The notes beneath the pieces were generated by a model that made no database searches, had not been told where the DNA came from, and was given only the letters and a program-made list of their open reading frames with translations. Positions 37,318 through 49,879 of a DNA stretch of 64,000 bases are shown here, piece by piece. The translations under genes were made by a program, and so were the position numbers. The stretch lies in the NCBI RefSeq assembly GCF_006345805.1, contig NC_042997.1:53506001-53570000 (forward strand), in the 5' to 3' direction. Source of the stretch: Octopus sinensis (lineage: Eukaryota). Every line of letters begins with the position of its first letter. Position 1 is the stretch's first letter.

Positions 37318-38125
37318 TTTGCTACCTAGGCAACCAAGTCTGTAGTGGGAGTGGTTGCTCTGAGAGTGTAGTGGCTAGAATAAAAATATCCTGGGCAATG
37401 TTCAAGGAGCTCCTACCTATGCTGGCAACTAAGGGCCTCTTACTCAGGATGAAAGGTAGACTGTATGATGCATGTGTGTGAACTGCCATGCTCCATGGCA
37501 GTGAAACATGGGCCATGACTGCTGAGGACATGTGTCGGCTTGAAAGAAATGAAGCTAGTATGATCCACTGGATGTATAATGTCAGTTTGAATATAAGACA
37601 GAGTGTAAGCACCCTGAGAGAAAAGTTGGGCATATAAAGAATCAAATGTGGTGTGCAAGAGAGACGACTGTGCTGTTGTGGTCATGTGTTACGTATGGAT
37701 GAGGACAGCTGTGTGAGGAAATGCCACTCCCTAACTGTGGAAGAGGTAGACCCAGGAAGACATGGGATGAGGTGGTGAAGCATGACCTTTGAACATTGGG
37801 CCTTACAAAGGCAATGACAGGAGAACAAGACCTTTGATGATATGCTGTGGTTGAGAAGACCTGGCAACTAAAGAGAGATCACAGCCATGCATGTCCGGCC
37901 CAGTAAATAGTACCCCTGATACGTCGGGTGATATGATATGCTTGAGAAAACCTGTTGAGTCAAGTAAAACCAATATTGTAGTATTGGGGAAACATTACCT
38001 TGCTTGGAAAAGGTAAGACTTGGCAACAGGAAGGGCATCTGGACATAGAGAATCTGCCTCAATAATTTCCATCCAACCCATGCAAGCATGGAAAAGTGAA
38101 TGTTAAAAATGATGATGATAATGAT
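37318..38125 (+). mobile_element. 5'-truncated RTE LINE 3' end with UTR and (GAT)n tail
   Basis: YLGNQVCSGSGCSESVVARIKISWAMFKELLPMLATKG...MLHGSETWAMT on +. The listed minus-strand ORFs here are its antisense frames. Confidence 0.92.
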
Positions 38126-39159
38126 ATATAATGTATATTTCTACCATTTCCTTCTCTCTTCAACCTTTGATGGTATCAATAGAGCATTTACATTTTCAAC
38201 AAGGCTTTTATAGTTGGGATAGAGTTAAAGTGTAGGAAATTTATATTTAAAGCAATGGTGTGTTTAATGATGATGATGATGTTTTCAGTTATAAATACAC
38301 GGTAGAAGGTAAATTAATACAGACGTTAATTAGATACACTGAGATGTATCTATCAAGTATATCTAACTTCAATATTTAGATAACCATGGCTATATGTCCT
38401 CTCCAATCTAATCTAGGCTCATAAACATATATCCATGTCTGTATCAGATATTTAATCCCTCTCCTGCTGAAAAAAAGAACATAAAAACCTAACTATATCT
38501 GAGATCTTTTGGATCTAAATTACTCAATAGATATATAATGTTAAATCTTAACATTTATATATCCTTTAAAAATTAATCAATTTTCTGTAAATTATGCCTA
38601 TCTCTTGAAATTCTTTAAGTGCTGATCCCAAGATACCTTGCGAAAAATAAACACTAGTTTTAGAGCTTAAAGCTTTAAACTTTCCACATTTACAGCAACC
38701 ACATATAACACTTCTACAACCACTTTCTGCCACCTGTCTCTCCAGTCGCACACTTTTTTATGGATATATTCTAGTTTAAAAAGCAATGATAATAATAATG
38801 GGACTGGGATATCTGATGAAATTTGCTCTGTTTATAAAATCAATCTGTTTTTGTATCTGTTGTCAAATATCAATTCTTTAGCATATTAAAAAATTTTTTT
38901 TTGCTATTCTTTCAGTAGGCCAAGTTATAAACCTACTTTTTGAAACCTATTTTTGATTTTTGATTGAAGCAATTTCCCATTGCTTCCCATTTGTTTTTGT
39001 GTAAACATTTAAGGTTTTGTAGTTATTTTACTTCTGAATTAAACTTTCTCTCGGTCAAATTGAACCAAATCAGTTTGCCTGCAAACTGCTGCCACTGTAG
39101 ACACCCAAAGACACCTAAATTTATATCTAAGTAATAGATAAATTTCATTTTAAGCATGA

Positions 39160-39742
39160 TAATAATAAAAATAATAGTTTCTTACATAGAAACAAAGTTA
39201 GAAAGATGAAAGTCAAAGTTGACTTTAGTGGAATTTGAACTTGGACTGTAAAGAGCCAGAACTAATGCTGCAAAGCATTTTGTCTGATGCTCTAATACTT
39301 CTGCCGACCCACTGTTCTGAAAATGACAATTTCTCAGAGAGACACAGTGCTATAAATTTTAGGATGAGGAGGAGGTTAGTCAGTTAAATTAACCACAGTA
39401 CATGTCTGGTACTTTATTTTATTGGTAGGATTTTGAATTCAGATTGTAAAGAACCAGAACAAATGCCACAAAGCATTTTGCCTGACACTCAAATGATACT
39501 GTTAACTCACCACTTTTAGTAATCATAATAATAATAATCCTTTCTAGTATTAGTCACAATTTTTGGGGAGGGGACTAGTTGATTACATCAACCCAGTGTT
39601 TCTCTGGTATTTAATTTATCAACCTGAAAGCATGAAAGGCAAAGTTGACTGTGACAGAATATGAACTCAGAAGATAAAGATTGATGAAATGCTGCTAACC
39701 ATTTTACCTGGTGTGCCAACGGTTCTGCCAGCTCACCACCTT
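39160..39742 (-). mobile_element. Three head-to-tail Meta-like SINE copies separated by (AAT)n
   Basis: Repeated aaagttgact...gaatttgaact...aagcattttg...ctgccagctcaccacct at about 39160-39318, 39325-39517 and 39520-39742. Confidence 0.75.
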
Positions 39743-39769
39743 AATACTAATAATACATACATATATATA

Positions 39770-40150
39770 CATACACATGCAACCTACTGCAATTTATCAT
39801 CAAATGAAAGGATGAGCCTATATGAACAGAAGGCTATGCATGGATATGTTATTAGAAAGCTCTGTGATGATAGTAACATCGATCATCAAAGTAGTTTATC
39901 ATGGACAAATAGCCAGAATACTACCTCCCACTTAGAAGGGTATGCATTTGCAATCCAGGTGCAGGAAATATCAACCAAGTACCTGATGCACAAAAGGGAT
40001 AGAGATGCAAGAAAAGCAGAAAAATGTGACAACCGATGCAGACTGTGGAGTTCACACTGGAGATATCACTCACATCATAAGCAGTTGTCCGAAAATGTCA
40101 TCATGGTATTATCTACTGATGAGACATGATGTAGCTAGGACACTCTTGTG
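39770..40150 (+). mobile_element. Fragment of an RLE-type (R4/Dong-like) non-LTR retrotransposon, zinc-knuckle region
   Basis: KAMHGY...SSLSW...HLEGYAFAIQVQEISTKY...CDNRCRL, then after a frameshift DITHIISSCPKMSSWYYLLMRHDVART (CRLC..HI.S.C and RHD motifs). Confidence 0.8.
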
Positions 40151-41445
40151 ACAAGAAGGACATCCAGTTGTAAAGTAATGGACTCAGTAATAAAATTGTT
40201 TAATTCTTACTAACATGGTAAAATGAACATAAAAATGAATGAGCAAAAAGAATGAAGAAATGCATACATATTATGGAGGTAGGGTAAAATCCAAGCTGTG
40301 CTCTCTTGAAGAACATCTGCTTATTCCAGTATTACAACCTATGTATGTAGATGCATTGATGCAAGGTACAGATTAAAGTTGAATATTCTGGAAATTTTAT
40401 TTGTTTCTCAGTCTGAAGAATTTCAAATAGGAAATTTCTTCCATGTTTATGTAACATTCTAAACATTGTAATTCCTGTTAGCAAATGAAATATGCGTAAT
40501 GGTAAATAAAAAATACCAAGTCAATTTTCCTACAGCTGAGGATAAGCATTATCTTATGCTTTGAAACTTTAAGTACCATGGAATTTGAATCAAACTGTTT
40601 TGATCTATACATGTAACTCCTAATAAATGTGTTGAGTACCCTTCTTTCATTTGCACATTCACTCATGTATATTTATATGTGTGTGTGTGTGTGTGTTTGT
40701 ATTATGTGCATATGTACACATTTGACAGCATGACAGAGACAAAACAAATATAAGAGAGAGAAAGAGTAACTGACATGCAGAGGATCTAGGACTGCTTGTA
40801 TTCCTTGTAAGTGCTGTGTTGTCTGTATATATATTGATTTTTGTTTAATCTGTATGTGTGTGTATGTGTGAAAGGATGCAGTGAAAGCAGACATGTGAAA
40901 TAGAGCTTGAAGACAGCTGGATGCATTTAGAGATTTGGCTCCTATTTTTAGCATGTTGAGTGTATGTGTGTGTTTTTCTTATGTATTGTTCTTGTTGTTT
41001 AGCTCCAGTCAACCATAATGTCTTGTGCAGATATTATGATGATATTTACTTTACTTGTAACCATCTCATGGTTTCCTATTTGCAAGAGACCTAGGGTCAT
41101 ATATGTGGTTGTTGTGTTGCATTATCTGTTAGTGTCAATTTACCAAGGAAATACATAAAAGCAAGTTTGTATGGATATACTATCGTGAAGACTGTAGACA
41201 TGAATATGTGGTGCATGCAAACATGCATGTGGGCCATGCATGCATACACATAGATATTCATATGACAAACTTTCTATAGTTACTAGCAGCCAATTCGCTC
41301 ACAAGACATTAGTTAGCCCAGGGTATAGAAGATATTTGCCCAGGGTACCATGCTGTGAGACTGATCCCAAAACCATGTGGTTGTGAAGCAGACTTGTGAG
41401 CTATATATCCATGTCTGCATTTAGCCATGCCTTAGTCTTATATAT

Positions 41446-41762
41446 GTGGAGGCACAATGGCCCAGTGGTTAGGGCAGCGGATTCGCAGTTGGAGGATCGC
41501 GGTTTCGATTCCCAGACCGGGCATTGTATGTGTTTATTGAGCAAAAACACCTAAAAGCTCCACGAGGCTCCAGCAGGGGGGGGGGGGGGCGTGGCGACCC
41601 CTGTTGTACTCTTTCGCCCCAACTTTCTCTCACTCTTTCTTCCTGTTTCTTGAGTAACGTTGCAATGGACTGGCATCCCGTCCAGCTGGGGGGAACACAT
41701 ACGCCCCAGAAACCGGGACCATGAACCTGGCTAGGCTTGAAAAGGACTCATAAATTAAAAAA
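41446..41762 (+). mobile_element. Young tRNA-derived SINE of a distinct family (family C) with 13-bp TSD
   Basis: Head ggaggcacaatggcccagtggttagggcagcgg...ggtttcgattccc; V-domain-like gcaatggactggcatcccgtccag; TSD tagtcttatatat at 41433-41445 and 41763-41775. Confidence 0.92.
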
Positions 41763-41864
41763 TAGTCTTATATATAGATATATCTACCATTTACAAAGCT
41801 CTCAGTTCTTGAGTCATTTTTATTAACTTATATAAGTATATGTGTGTATAGGTGCAGATGTGGT

Positions 41865-42262
41865 TATGTGGTTGAGAAGTTTGCTTCTCAACCATATAGT
41901 CTTGAGTTCAGTCCTACTTAATGGTACCTTGGGCAATGTCTTTGGTTGCCTAGAGAAAGTCCTTGAGAAAGCATTTTGTAGATGGAAACTAAAAGAAGCC
42001 TGTCATGTATGTGTGTGTGTATGAATTTATGTGTACTCTTTCTTGACATGGTTATGGACAAGCATAACTGTTATACAAGTGATGTTGTTCACTTCCAGTC
42101 TTCTGTGAAAAACATGTCTCGCCATTAGGAAATATTACCTTGCTTGGAAACAGGTAAGGATTGATGACAGGAAGTGCAACAGGTCATAGAAAATCTGCGT
42201 CAACAAATCCCTCCTGATCCATGCAAGCATGGAAAATTGAACACCAAATGATGATGATGATA
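41865..42262 (+). mobile_element. tRNA-headed SINE with RTE-derived 3' tail (family B)
   Basis: Family-A-like head (gtggttatgtggttgagaag...gagttcagtcc) joined to attaccttgcttggaaacaggt...ccatgcaagcatggaaaa...(GAT)n, as in the LINE at 37318-38125. Confidence 0.8.
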
Positions 42263-42298
42263 TATATGTATGTATGTATGTATATATATATATATATA

Positions 42299-42859
42299 TG
42301 AGGGGGAAGTCAAAAATTATCTGCACTTTTGCCATAACATATCTCTATTATTGACACATGTGTGCTTATAGTTGGTACTATTGTGGTTATGTGACCAAAG
42401 TTTGAACCTGATCACACCATTTTTCTTTCTAGTTTTACAGTGTAAGCATGGCTGCTCCACTAGCAATGTGCACCAAAGAAGAACATCTCTCAAGTTTGTT
42501 GAATCTTCCTGTCAGTGATGGAGGTTGACGGGCATCCTGTTCCCTCTTTGTGCATCATGCTTGTCTAGCTGCTTTTAAACTTCTTGATCCACTCATACAT
42601 GGTACTTTTACGCAGTAGTGCACTGTCCCCATATTGTGCTAAAAGCCTCCGATGTATTTCAGCACCTGACACATCTTTTGACCAGAGAAATCGGACCACT
42701 GCTCTTTGTTAAAGCCAGAAAGAGAAAGGGTGCAATAAGGCTCAAACTTTGATCATGCAACCACAATAATACCAACTATAAGCTCGCATGCGCAGATGGC
42801 AGTGTGACAATAATAGATATGTTATGGTGAAAATGCGGATAATTTTTGACTTACCCTTG
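42299..42859. mobile_element. Non-autonomous mariner derivative made of two inverted left ends
   Basis: TA-flanked TIRs tgagggggaagtcaaaaattatctgcac and gcggataatttttgacttacccttg. MAAPLAMCTKEE on +, and QRAVVRFLWSKDVSGAEIHRRL...YEWIKKFKS on -. Confidence 0.88.
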
Positions 42860-42890
42860 TATATATATATATATATATATATAGCCACAC

Positions 42891-42931
<41 letters not shown>

Positions 42932-43452
42932 TTTTTATATTATATAGAGGGCATTATTACACATAAATGCCACACGCTAGAAGGGACTTTCAAAGTCATT
43001 ACTACCAAAAATAAACGAATCGGACCGAATGCAGCTCTCGAAGCAAGACATTTAAAAACAGAATTTAGCTCCATATATATATATATGTATGTATGTATGT
43101 ATATAACCAATATTTCATGCACAGACAGAGATTAGAAAATCTAAGATAAATTTAGTGTAGTTATCCCACAGTTTATACAACCTTTGATGTAGAAAGGAAA
43201 TAAATGTAAGTACAGCTTGTTATTCCCTTTGCATTCAGAAAGGCACTACAAGATGTATTTACATCTCTTTATTTTCCGCAATGTGCTATAAACTTGAGAC
43301 TAACTGTATTAAATTTATCTTGTGTGTGTGTGTGTTACTGATAGTGTGATTCTATACTGAAAACAGAGTTTCCTTCCATCAATCAATCAATCATTGCTTT
43401 ACCATCCATTTTTCCATGCTTACATGTGTTGGACATAGTTTGTCAAGGAACA

Positions 43453-43697
<245 letters not shown>

Positions 43698-46351
43698 AAT
43701 AAATTGGAATGAGTCAGGACAGAAGTTAAAGAAATTTAGGATTGTTTATTTTAGTTTATTTAAAGAATTAGATAAGCTAGCTTCATGGTGAACTAACCAG
43801 ATAACAGTTAATTTAAAGTATACAGATGTTTTGGTGAGAAAATGTTTTTGTTTGGGGGAAATCATTTGCAAAGGAAGTAATATTAAATGTAGGTAACATG
43901 TTTTTAAAATATACAGCTTGTTCAACAACATTGAGTTGTGTGGAGTTCCATCAAATGATGGTGGAGTGTGAACAAAGGCAGATAATTGCAGAATATAAGT
44001 TTGGTAGAATAATTCATTTATTCAAATTAGAAAACTGTTGAACAATTAATCATCTTTCAAGTTTTGAATTTCACAATGATCTATTTCAGTGACAGCTGTC
44101 TAGTATATGGATCTATTAGTAAATGGATATATAGTCTAGTATATGAATCTATTAGTAAAAGTTCTGCCTAAGCAACTCCAGAAAAAAATTGAATATCTTT
44201 GTATTTTTGATATTTCAACTGCTTCTATATACATCACCAGTTTAGGAACCATCAGTTTTGCATCTACTATTACACCACAGTGTATATAAACCCTAAACTT
44301 CTCATACAACTCTCCTTTCAGTTTCACTGATGAAGGCATCATGTGTCCATATATTTTTATGATGTTTGTTAGGAAACACAATAGTGCCTGGGAATAATAT
44401 AGAATATATTATAATTTCTATAGAATATCTGTAGAGATACCTTTAACAAGTAATATATTATGCATTTATTCTACTATGTAGCATAATATTTCAAGTGTCT
44501 CTTTATTTTAGCTATTCTTATATTATTGTTCTGTACCTGACTTTTTCCACTTTTATTGAGTACTCTGCTAATCACTTTGAGCCCCCCCCCCCAAAAAAAA
44601 TATATTTTCATTATAAATGCAGTATATTTATACCTATAATCTCTAGGTATAAATATATATTGCAGCTTATTTAAGGTTAATTTCAGTGAATTAAGCATTG
44701 TTATAAAGTGTGTTACAAAGCAAATCAAGTGTTTTTGTGATTCATATCTTGCTGTTTCCATATATTATCATATATTATCAATTCTGCTTAATGGTGTATG
44801 TAAACAAGTCCTCATACTATTATCTTCGCAGTTCTGTTGATGATAGCATCACGTCTCTGTGGATTTCTTTGAATCTCTGACTGCTAGAAACATAGTTGTG
44901 TCCACTGGAGATATAGAATATATGTATTTATTTCTTGTAATTCCATTACGTTTGCAAGTGTTTAAACCTGCTCTAAACCTGATTTTTTTGTACCCTCTTT
45001 TCACTTTAGTTGAGTATTCTATTCATCACTTTGTACAAAAAATATTTTCATTAAAATTGCAAAAGTTCTTGTGTTTATAATTACTTTATATTTTTATGAG
45101 TGTGTGTTTGTCATTGTATCGGTTAACTATATAAGTTAGTATTTATATCTGGATATGTGTGTGAATGCCTATATTATTGCATTTATATCTAGGTGTTTGT
45201 GTATGTGTTTATCATATAGAAATATGAAGGAGAGAGCAAAAGGAAGTGAATATAAATATAATTGAAATATAAACTTGAGAAAGAGAGAAACAGAGAACTG
45301 TTGAGTTATTTGGTAATATGTTATTCCTGTTTCTTGTCCTACAGTAGAACCTATTTATATTTTTAGATACTGCCAAAGTTGTGTGAGTTGAAATATTGAA
45401 ACAATTCTTTAAGCTTCCAAATCACTGTCGTTAATCCTCAGATTAAACTTAAAGGGCAACCTTTCATTTTCATTAAAGTTTATTTCTTCCTTTTGCTCTG
45501 TTGCTTCTTGCGCAAGATCACCTAAAAGGAACTTCATAAATTCAAGGGAAACCCTTTGCTGTTTCTCATTTCTTTTTATGTTACATCACAAAGTAAGGGA
45601 TTGAACCTTGTAGAGAAGGATTTAAAGACTGTTTATTTTAAAGGTCATGGGATTAGCTAAAGGCAGTGCAGAGAGAATAAGTATTTCTCATGTTAGCATG
45701 AAGCATTGAGTTTTGAAAAGCAACATTGGAAATTATTAGGTATGTTCTTTTCCCAAGGGCATCAAGAACTTAAGGAACTGGAAGGAAAAAAAAACATCAG
45801 AAATTCTGTTCCTTGAGAGCTTTGATCTTTCAACAGAAAGTGTGTGTGTGTGTTTAATTTTTTTTCTAGATTTTTTCTGAAGATTGGCTTTTAAGAATTA
45901 CTAAAACATAAACTTTTTTCTGTCTACCTCTTTCTTTGTGTGTGTGTGTATGCGCATATGTGTGTACACACACACACGCGCACACACACACACAAATGCA
46001 TTTATGTTTGTCATACATCACACACGCATATGCATGCATCTTTGTACTAGATTTCGTAATAGAAATGCCTATAATAATTGTGAAACTTCGATAAAAACCT
46101 CCATAAAGTTAGCTAAGTTGAGTAATTCTAATGAACCAATGCCTTGACTTTATATAATTCAGGTGGGAAGTGATGTACTGGATGACATATACAAAATTTC
46201 TAAAAGGGTTAAAATTTGTCTCTTAGAGAGAGAAAACAGTAACCTAACAGCAAATGTTAGAAATTCCTAAAGAAAAGAGGAAATGATTTTAAGAAATTAA
46301 GAATTAATTTCTTAGAGAGTTGAAGTTTCATGCTTATAGTAGAAAAATCAG

Positions 46352-46372
46352 TTTTTTTTTTATCAGGTAAGG
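46352..46372 (+). promoter_or_regulatory. Candidate recursive (zero-length exon) splice site
   Basis: T10-ATCAG immediately followed by GTAAGG (AG ends 46366, GT starts 46367) within the 52-kb intron. Confidence 0.5.
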
Positions 46373-46828
46373 GGATAACTATGGACATGTTTCAGCATTA
46401 TGAAACCTCCATAGCAAAGCATAATCATTTGAAACATGATTTTTCAGATATTTTTCTCTTAAGCATGAAAATTCAGTTTTCTGAGAAATGGATTCTTGTG
46501 TTCTTAAACCCTTTTGGTGGGAAGTGGGGAGTTGCTATAAGTTTTCCACTAGCTTTTGTTTTCTATCTCTCACTCTGGAGGTAACTTTCATCCTCTACTT
46601 GAATGTGAGAAAATCTTGATTAGTTTTAAAATGCTCCGAAATAAACTCCAGGCAAAATTGCTATGAATAAATCTAGTTTTTCTTATCATTTCATACTACC
46701 TAGGTCTGGCTTTGGGTGAAGAGTATAGTCTGCAAAATAATAAGGGAGGATTATAACTGATTGAATTAATTAGCTTCAGTTCATTATTGATACTTGTCCC
46801 TTAATAAAATGTGAATCAATCCAGCATG

Positions 46829-47755
46829 ATGATAATAATGATAATCGTTTCTACTATAGGCACAAGGCCTGAAATTAGGGGGAGGGATAAGTCGATGACA
46901 TCAACCCCAGTACTCAACTGGTACTTATTTTATTAACCCTGAAAGGAGGAAAGGTGAAGTCAACCTTGGTGAAATTTGAACTGAGAACATGCAGATGGAC
47001 AAAATGCCACTCAGCATTTTGCCCAGCGTGCTAATGGTTCTGCCAGCTTGCCACTTTAATAATAATAATAATAATAATAATAGTAATAATAATAATGGTT
47101 TCAAATTTTGGTTCAAGGCCAGCAAGTTCAGGGGAGGGATTAAGTCAATTACATTGATGCCAGTGTTCAATTGGTCGTAATTTTATCAATCCCAAAAGGC
47201 ATAGTTGACCTCTGTGAAATTTGAAGTTAGAACGTAAAGATAGCTGAAATGCCACTAAGCACTTTGCCCAGCATGCTAATGATTCTGCCAGCTCACTGCC
47301 TTAACAATAATAAGCCTTTCTAGTGGAAGCACAAGGCCTCAAATTTTGGGGAAAGGATTAAGTCAATTACATCGACCCCAGTGTGTAACTGGTACTAATT
47401 TTATCGACCCTGAAAGAATGAAAGGCAAAGTTGACCTTGGCAGAATTTGAACTCAGAACATAGCAACAGACAAAATACCCCTAAGCATTTTGCCTAGCAT
47501 GCTAACAGTTCTGCCAGCTCGCCACCTTAAATGATAATAATAATAGTTTCAAATTTTTGCCACAAGGGCAGCTTGGGGAAATGGGGATGAGACGATTACA
47601 TTGACCCCAGTGTTTGGATGATACTTATTTTATCGACCCCCAAAAGGATGAAAGGCAAAGTTGATCTCAGTGGAATTTGAACTCAGAACATAGTGGCAGA
47701 CGAAATACTGCTAAGCATTTTGCCCGGTGTGCTAACGATTCTGCCAGCTCACCAC

Positions 47756-47792
<37 letters not shown>

Positions 47793-48257
47793 TAATTGTT
47801 TCTGTTTTAGGCACAAGGCCTGAAATTTGTGGGAGGGGGATAGTCGATTTTATTGACCCCAGTACTTAACTGGTACTTAGTTTATTGACCCCGAAAGGAT
47901 GACAGGCAAAGTTGACCTTGGTGGAATTTGAACTCAGAACATAGCGGCAGACGAACTATCACTAAGCATTTTGCCTGGCATGCTAACGATTCTGCGAGCT
48001 CACCGCCTTAATAATGATAATCCTTTCTACTGGTTTTAAATTTTGGGGAAGGGATTAAGTCGATTACATTGGCCCCAATGCATAACTGGTACTTATTTAA
48101 TGAACCTTGAAAGGATGAAAGGCAAAGTCGACCTCGGCAGAATTTGAACTCAGAACGTAGTGACAGGCGAACTACCACTAAGCATTCCATCCAACATACT
48201 AACGACTTTGCCAGCACACCGCCTTGATAATAATAATAACAATAATAATAATAATAA
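46829..48257 (-). mobile_element. Array of six head-to-tail Meta-like tRNA SINEs separated by (AAT)n
   Basis: Heads end on + at about 47056, 47301, 47527, 47756, 48008 and 48224. The minus strand reads AGGCGGTGAGCTGGCAGAATCGTTAGC...GAGTTCAAATTCC...GGTCAACTTTGCCTTTCATCCTTTCGGGGTCAATAAA. Confidence 0.92.
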
Positions 48258-49270
48258 TGGTGCTGATTCTGCCTGCCACTGTTGTGGCACAACCAGAGAA
48301 ACAATTGACCTCATCATCTTTGGATGTTCTACGTTAGCCTCAAATGAATATATTACCATTATAGATTTGGTCAGCATTTGCACTGGATCATATGGACTCC
48401 CATATGAAGAAGAAATGGTGGGGACATAAACCTGCTAAATTAGTTGAAAATTACAATTCTTTGGGACATATGTATCCAAGCTGGTCATGCTATACAAGCC
48501 AATAGATCAGATTTGTGGTAAAAAATTACATTGACAAAAGATGTCTGTGCATAGACTGCTTAAATCTGGAAAACAATATATTGTACTGGAAAACAATATA
48601 TTGTTTCCAATGTGTACTGATGTGTTTTTATGAGGTTCTTTTTTTTTCAAGCAACATACAATGTCTGTATTTCATGAGGATATAAATGAATGATGTATGT
48701 ATGTAGAATATCAGAAACAAGTTCAGATTGGAACCATTAGAGCAGCAGTGTCTATAAGTAGATGTTACAAGGAGTTTGTGGTGATATATACAACACAAAA
48801 GTATTAAAACATCGAATTGCAACACGTCAACTATAATAATTCATAGGCATAGGAAGTCTAGTTCAAACTATGACAGAACAAACACGAGAAAATTATGATT
48901 ATTTATGACTTGTTGTGAGGCACATGTAATATCATGCTTATATAATATCTAAAAATAAACATAGTAAACTTTTACTACAATTTTGTAACCATGATGACCC
49001 TACTCTGTCAATTCGAACAGAAATTTCATTTCTTTCCTTCCAATCCACTTATGTTTTCTCTTGATCATCGTTTTTTACTTTCATGATTTACTTGATATGA
49101 TATATAGTATACTCTGTATTATGTATTATGTTTGTTAAATGAATGTTTTAGTGCTGTGGTATGATTTATGATTAGTAAATTCTCATGAGGCCTGCTGCAA
49201 GAAAAAAGGTTACTCATCTCCGACTTAGAAAATACAAAGTATTGTATCTATTATGGTTATCTATCTGCAG

Positions 49271-49584
49271 CAGAGGTTCTCAAACTTTTTGGGCCACTGC
49301 CCCTTTCATGACCACATAATACCCTCAGCGCCCCCACACCTATTTTTATAAATAAATATTTTATATTTTACTAATTTATATATACTATGAATCATTTGAT
49401 ATTCAATATAATATTATATAATTTGTGTACAATACTATGATAATATCATAATAAATTCATAGCGTCCCCCAATTCACTGCCTTCCTCTCAATGCCTCCTT
49501 TTTCTCTACTGCCCCCTCAGGCACCAGCACCTACCTGGACCGTCTCAATGGTGGGGGTGGTACTGCTCACACCGAGAAGCTATG
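49271..49584. mobile_element. hAT-type MITE with 8-bp TSD
   Basis: TSD atctgcag at 49263-49270 and 49585-49592; imperfect TIRs cagaggttctc and gagaagctatg. Confidence 0.8.
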
Positions 49585-49879
49585 ATCTGCAGTATCATTA
49601 AAATGATAGTGAAGTAGTTTAATACTATTTTTATATGTTTAAGATTGTCCTTTTGTTTTGTCTCAGTATTGACTAGTTGTACTGTCGTGATAATGATAAC
49701 CCGCGTAACTTCATGCTAATAGTAATTTAGTTTTGTAATACTACTATGAAACACTGATACTCTGCTACAATGATAAACATATATTATTACACTTCTAGTT
49801 GTTATACTGCTACCACTATTTGGTGTTGCTAAGTGGCTATATCTTATGTTTTAACTAGTGTATTTTATTGTGGCTATAT

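Noticed and set aside
39689-40129. 146-aa ORF as a nested host gene
   Set aside because: Its N-terminus is SINE and microsatellite sequence and the remainder is a frameshifted retrotransposon fragment.
41446-41525. tRNA gene
   Set aside because: A and B boxes are present but the acceptor stem does not close, and the sequence continues into a SINE body bounded by a TSD.
46829-48257. CRISPR-like or tRNA gene cluster
   Set aside because: Units are ~210-250-bp diverged SINEs with microsatellite linkers, not short identical repeats with unique spacers; heads do not form complete cloverleaves.
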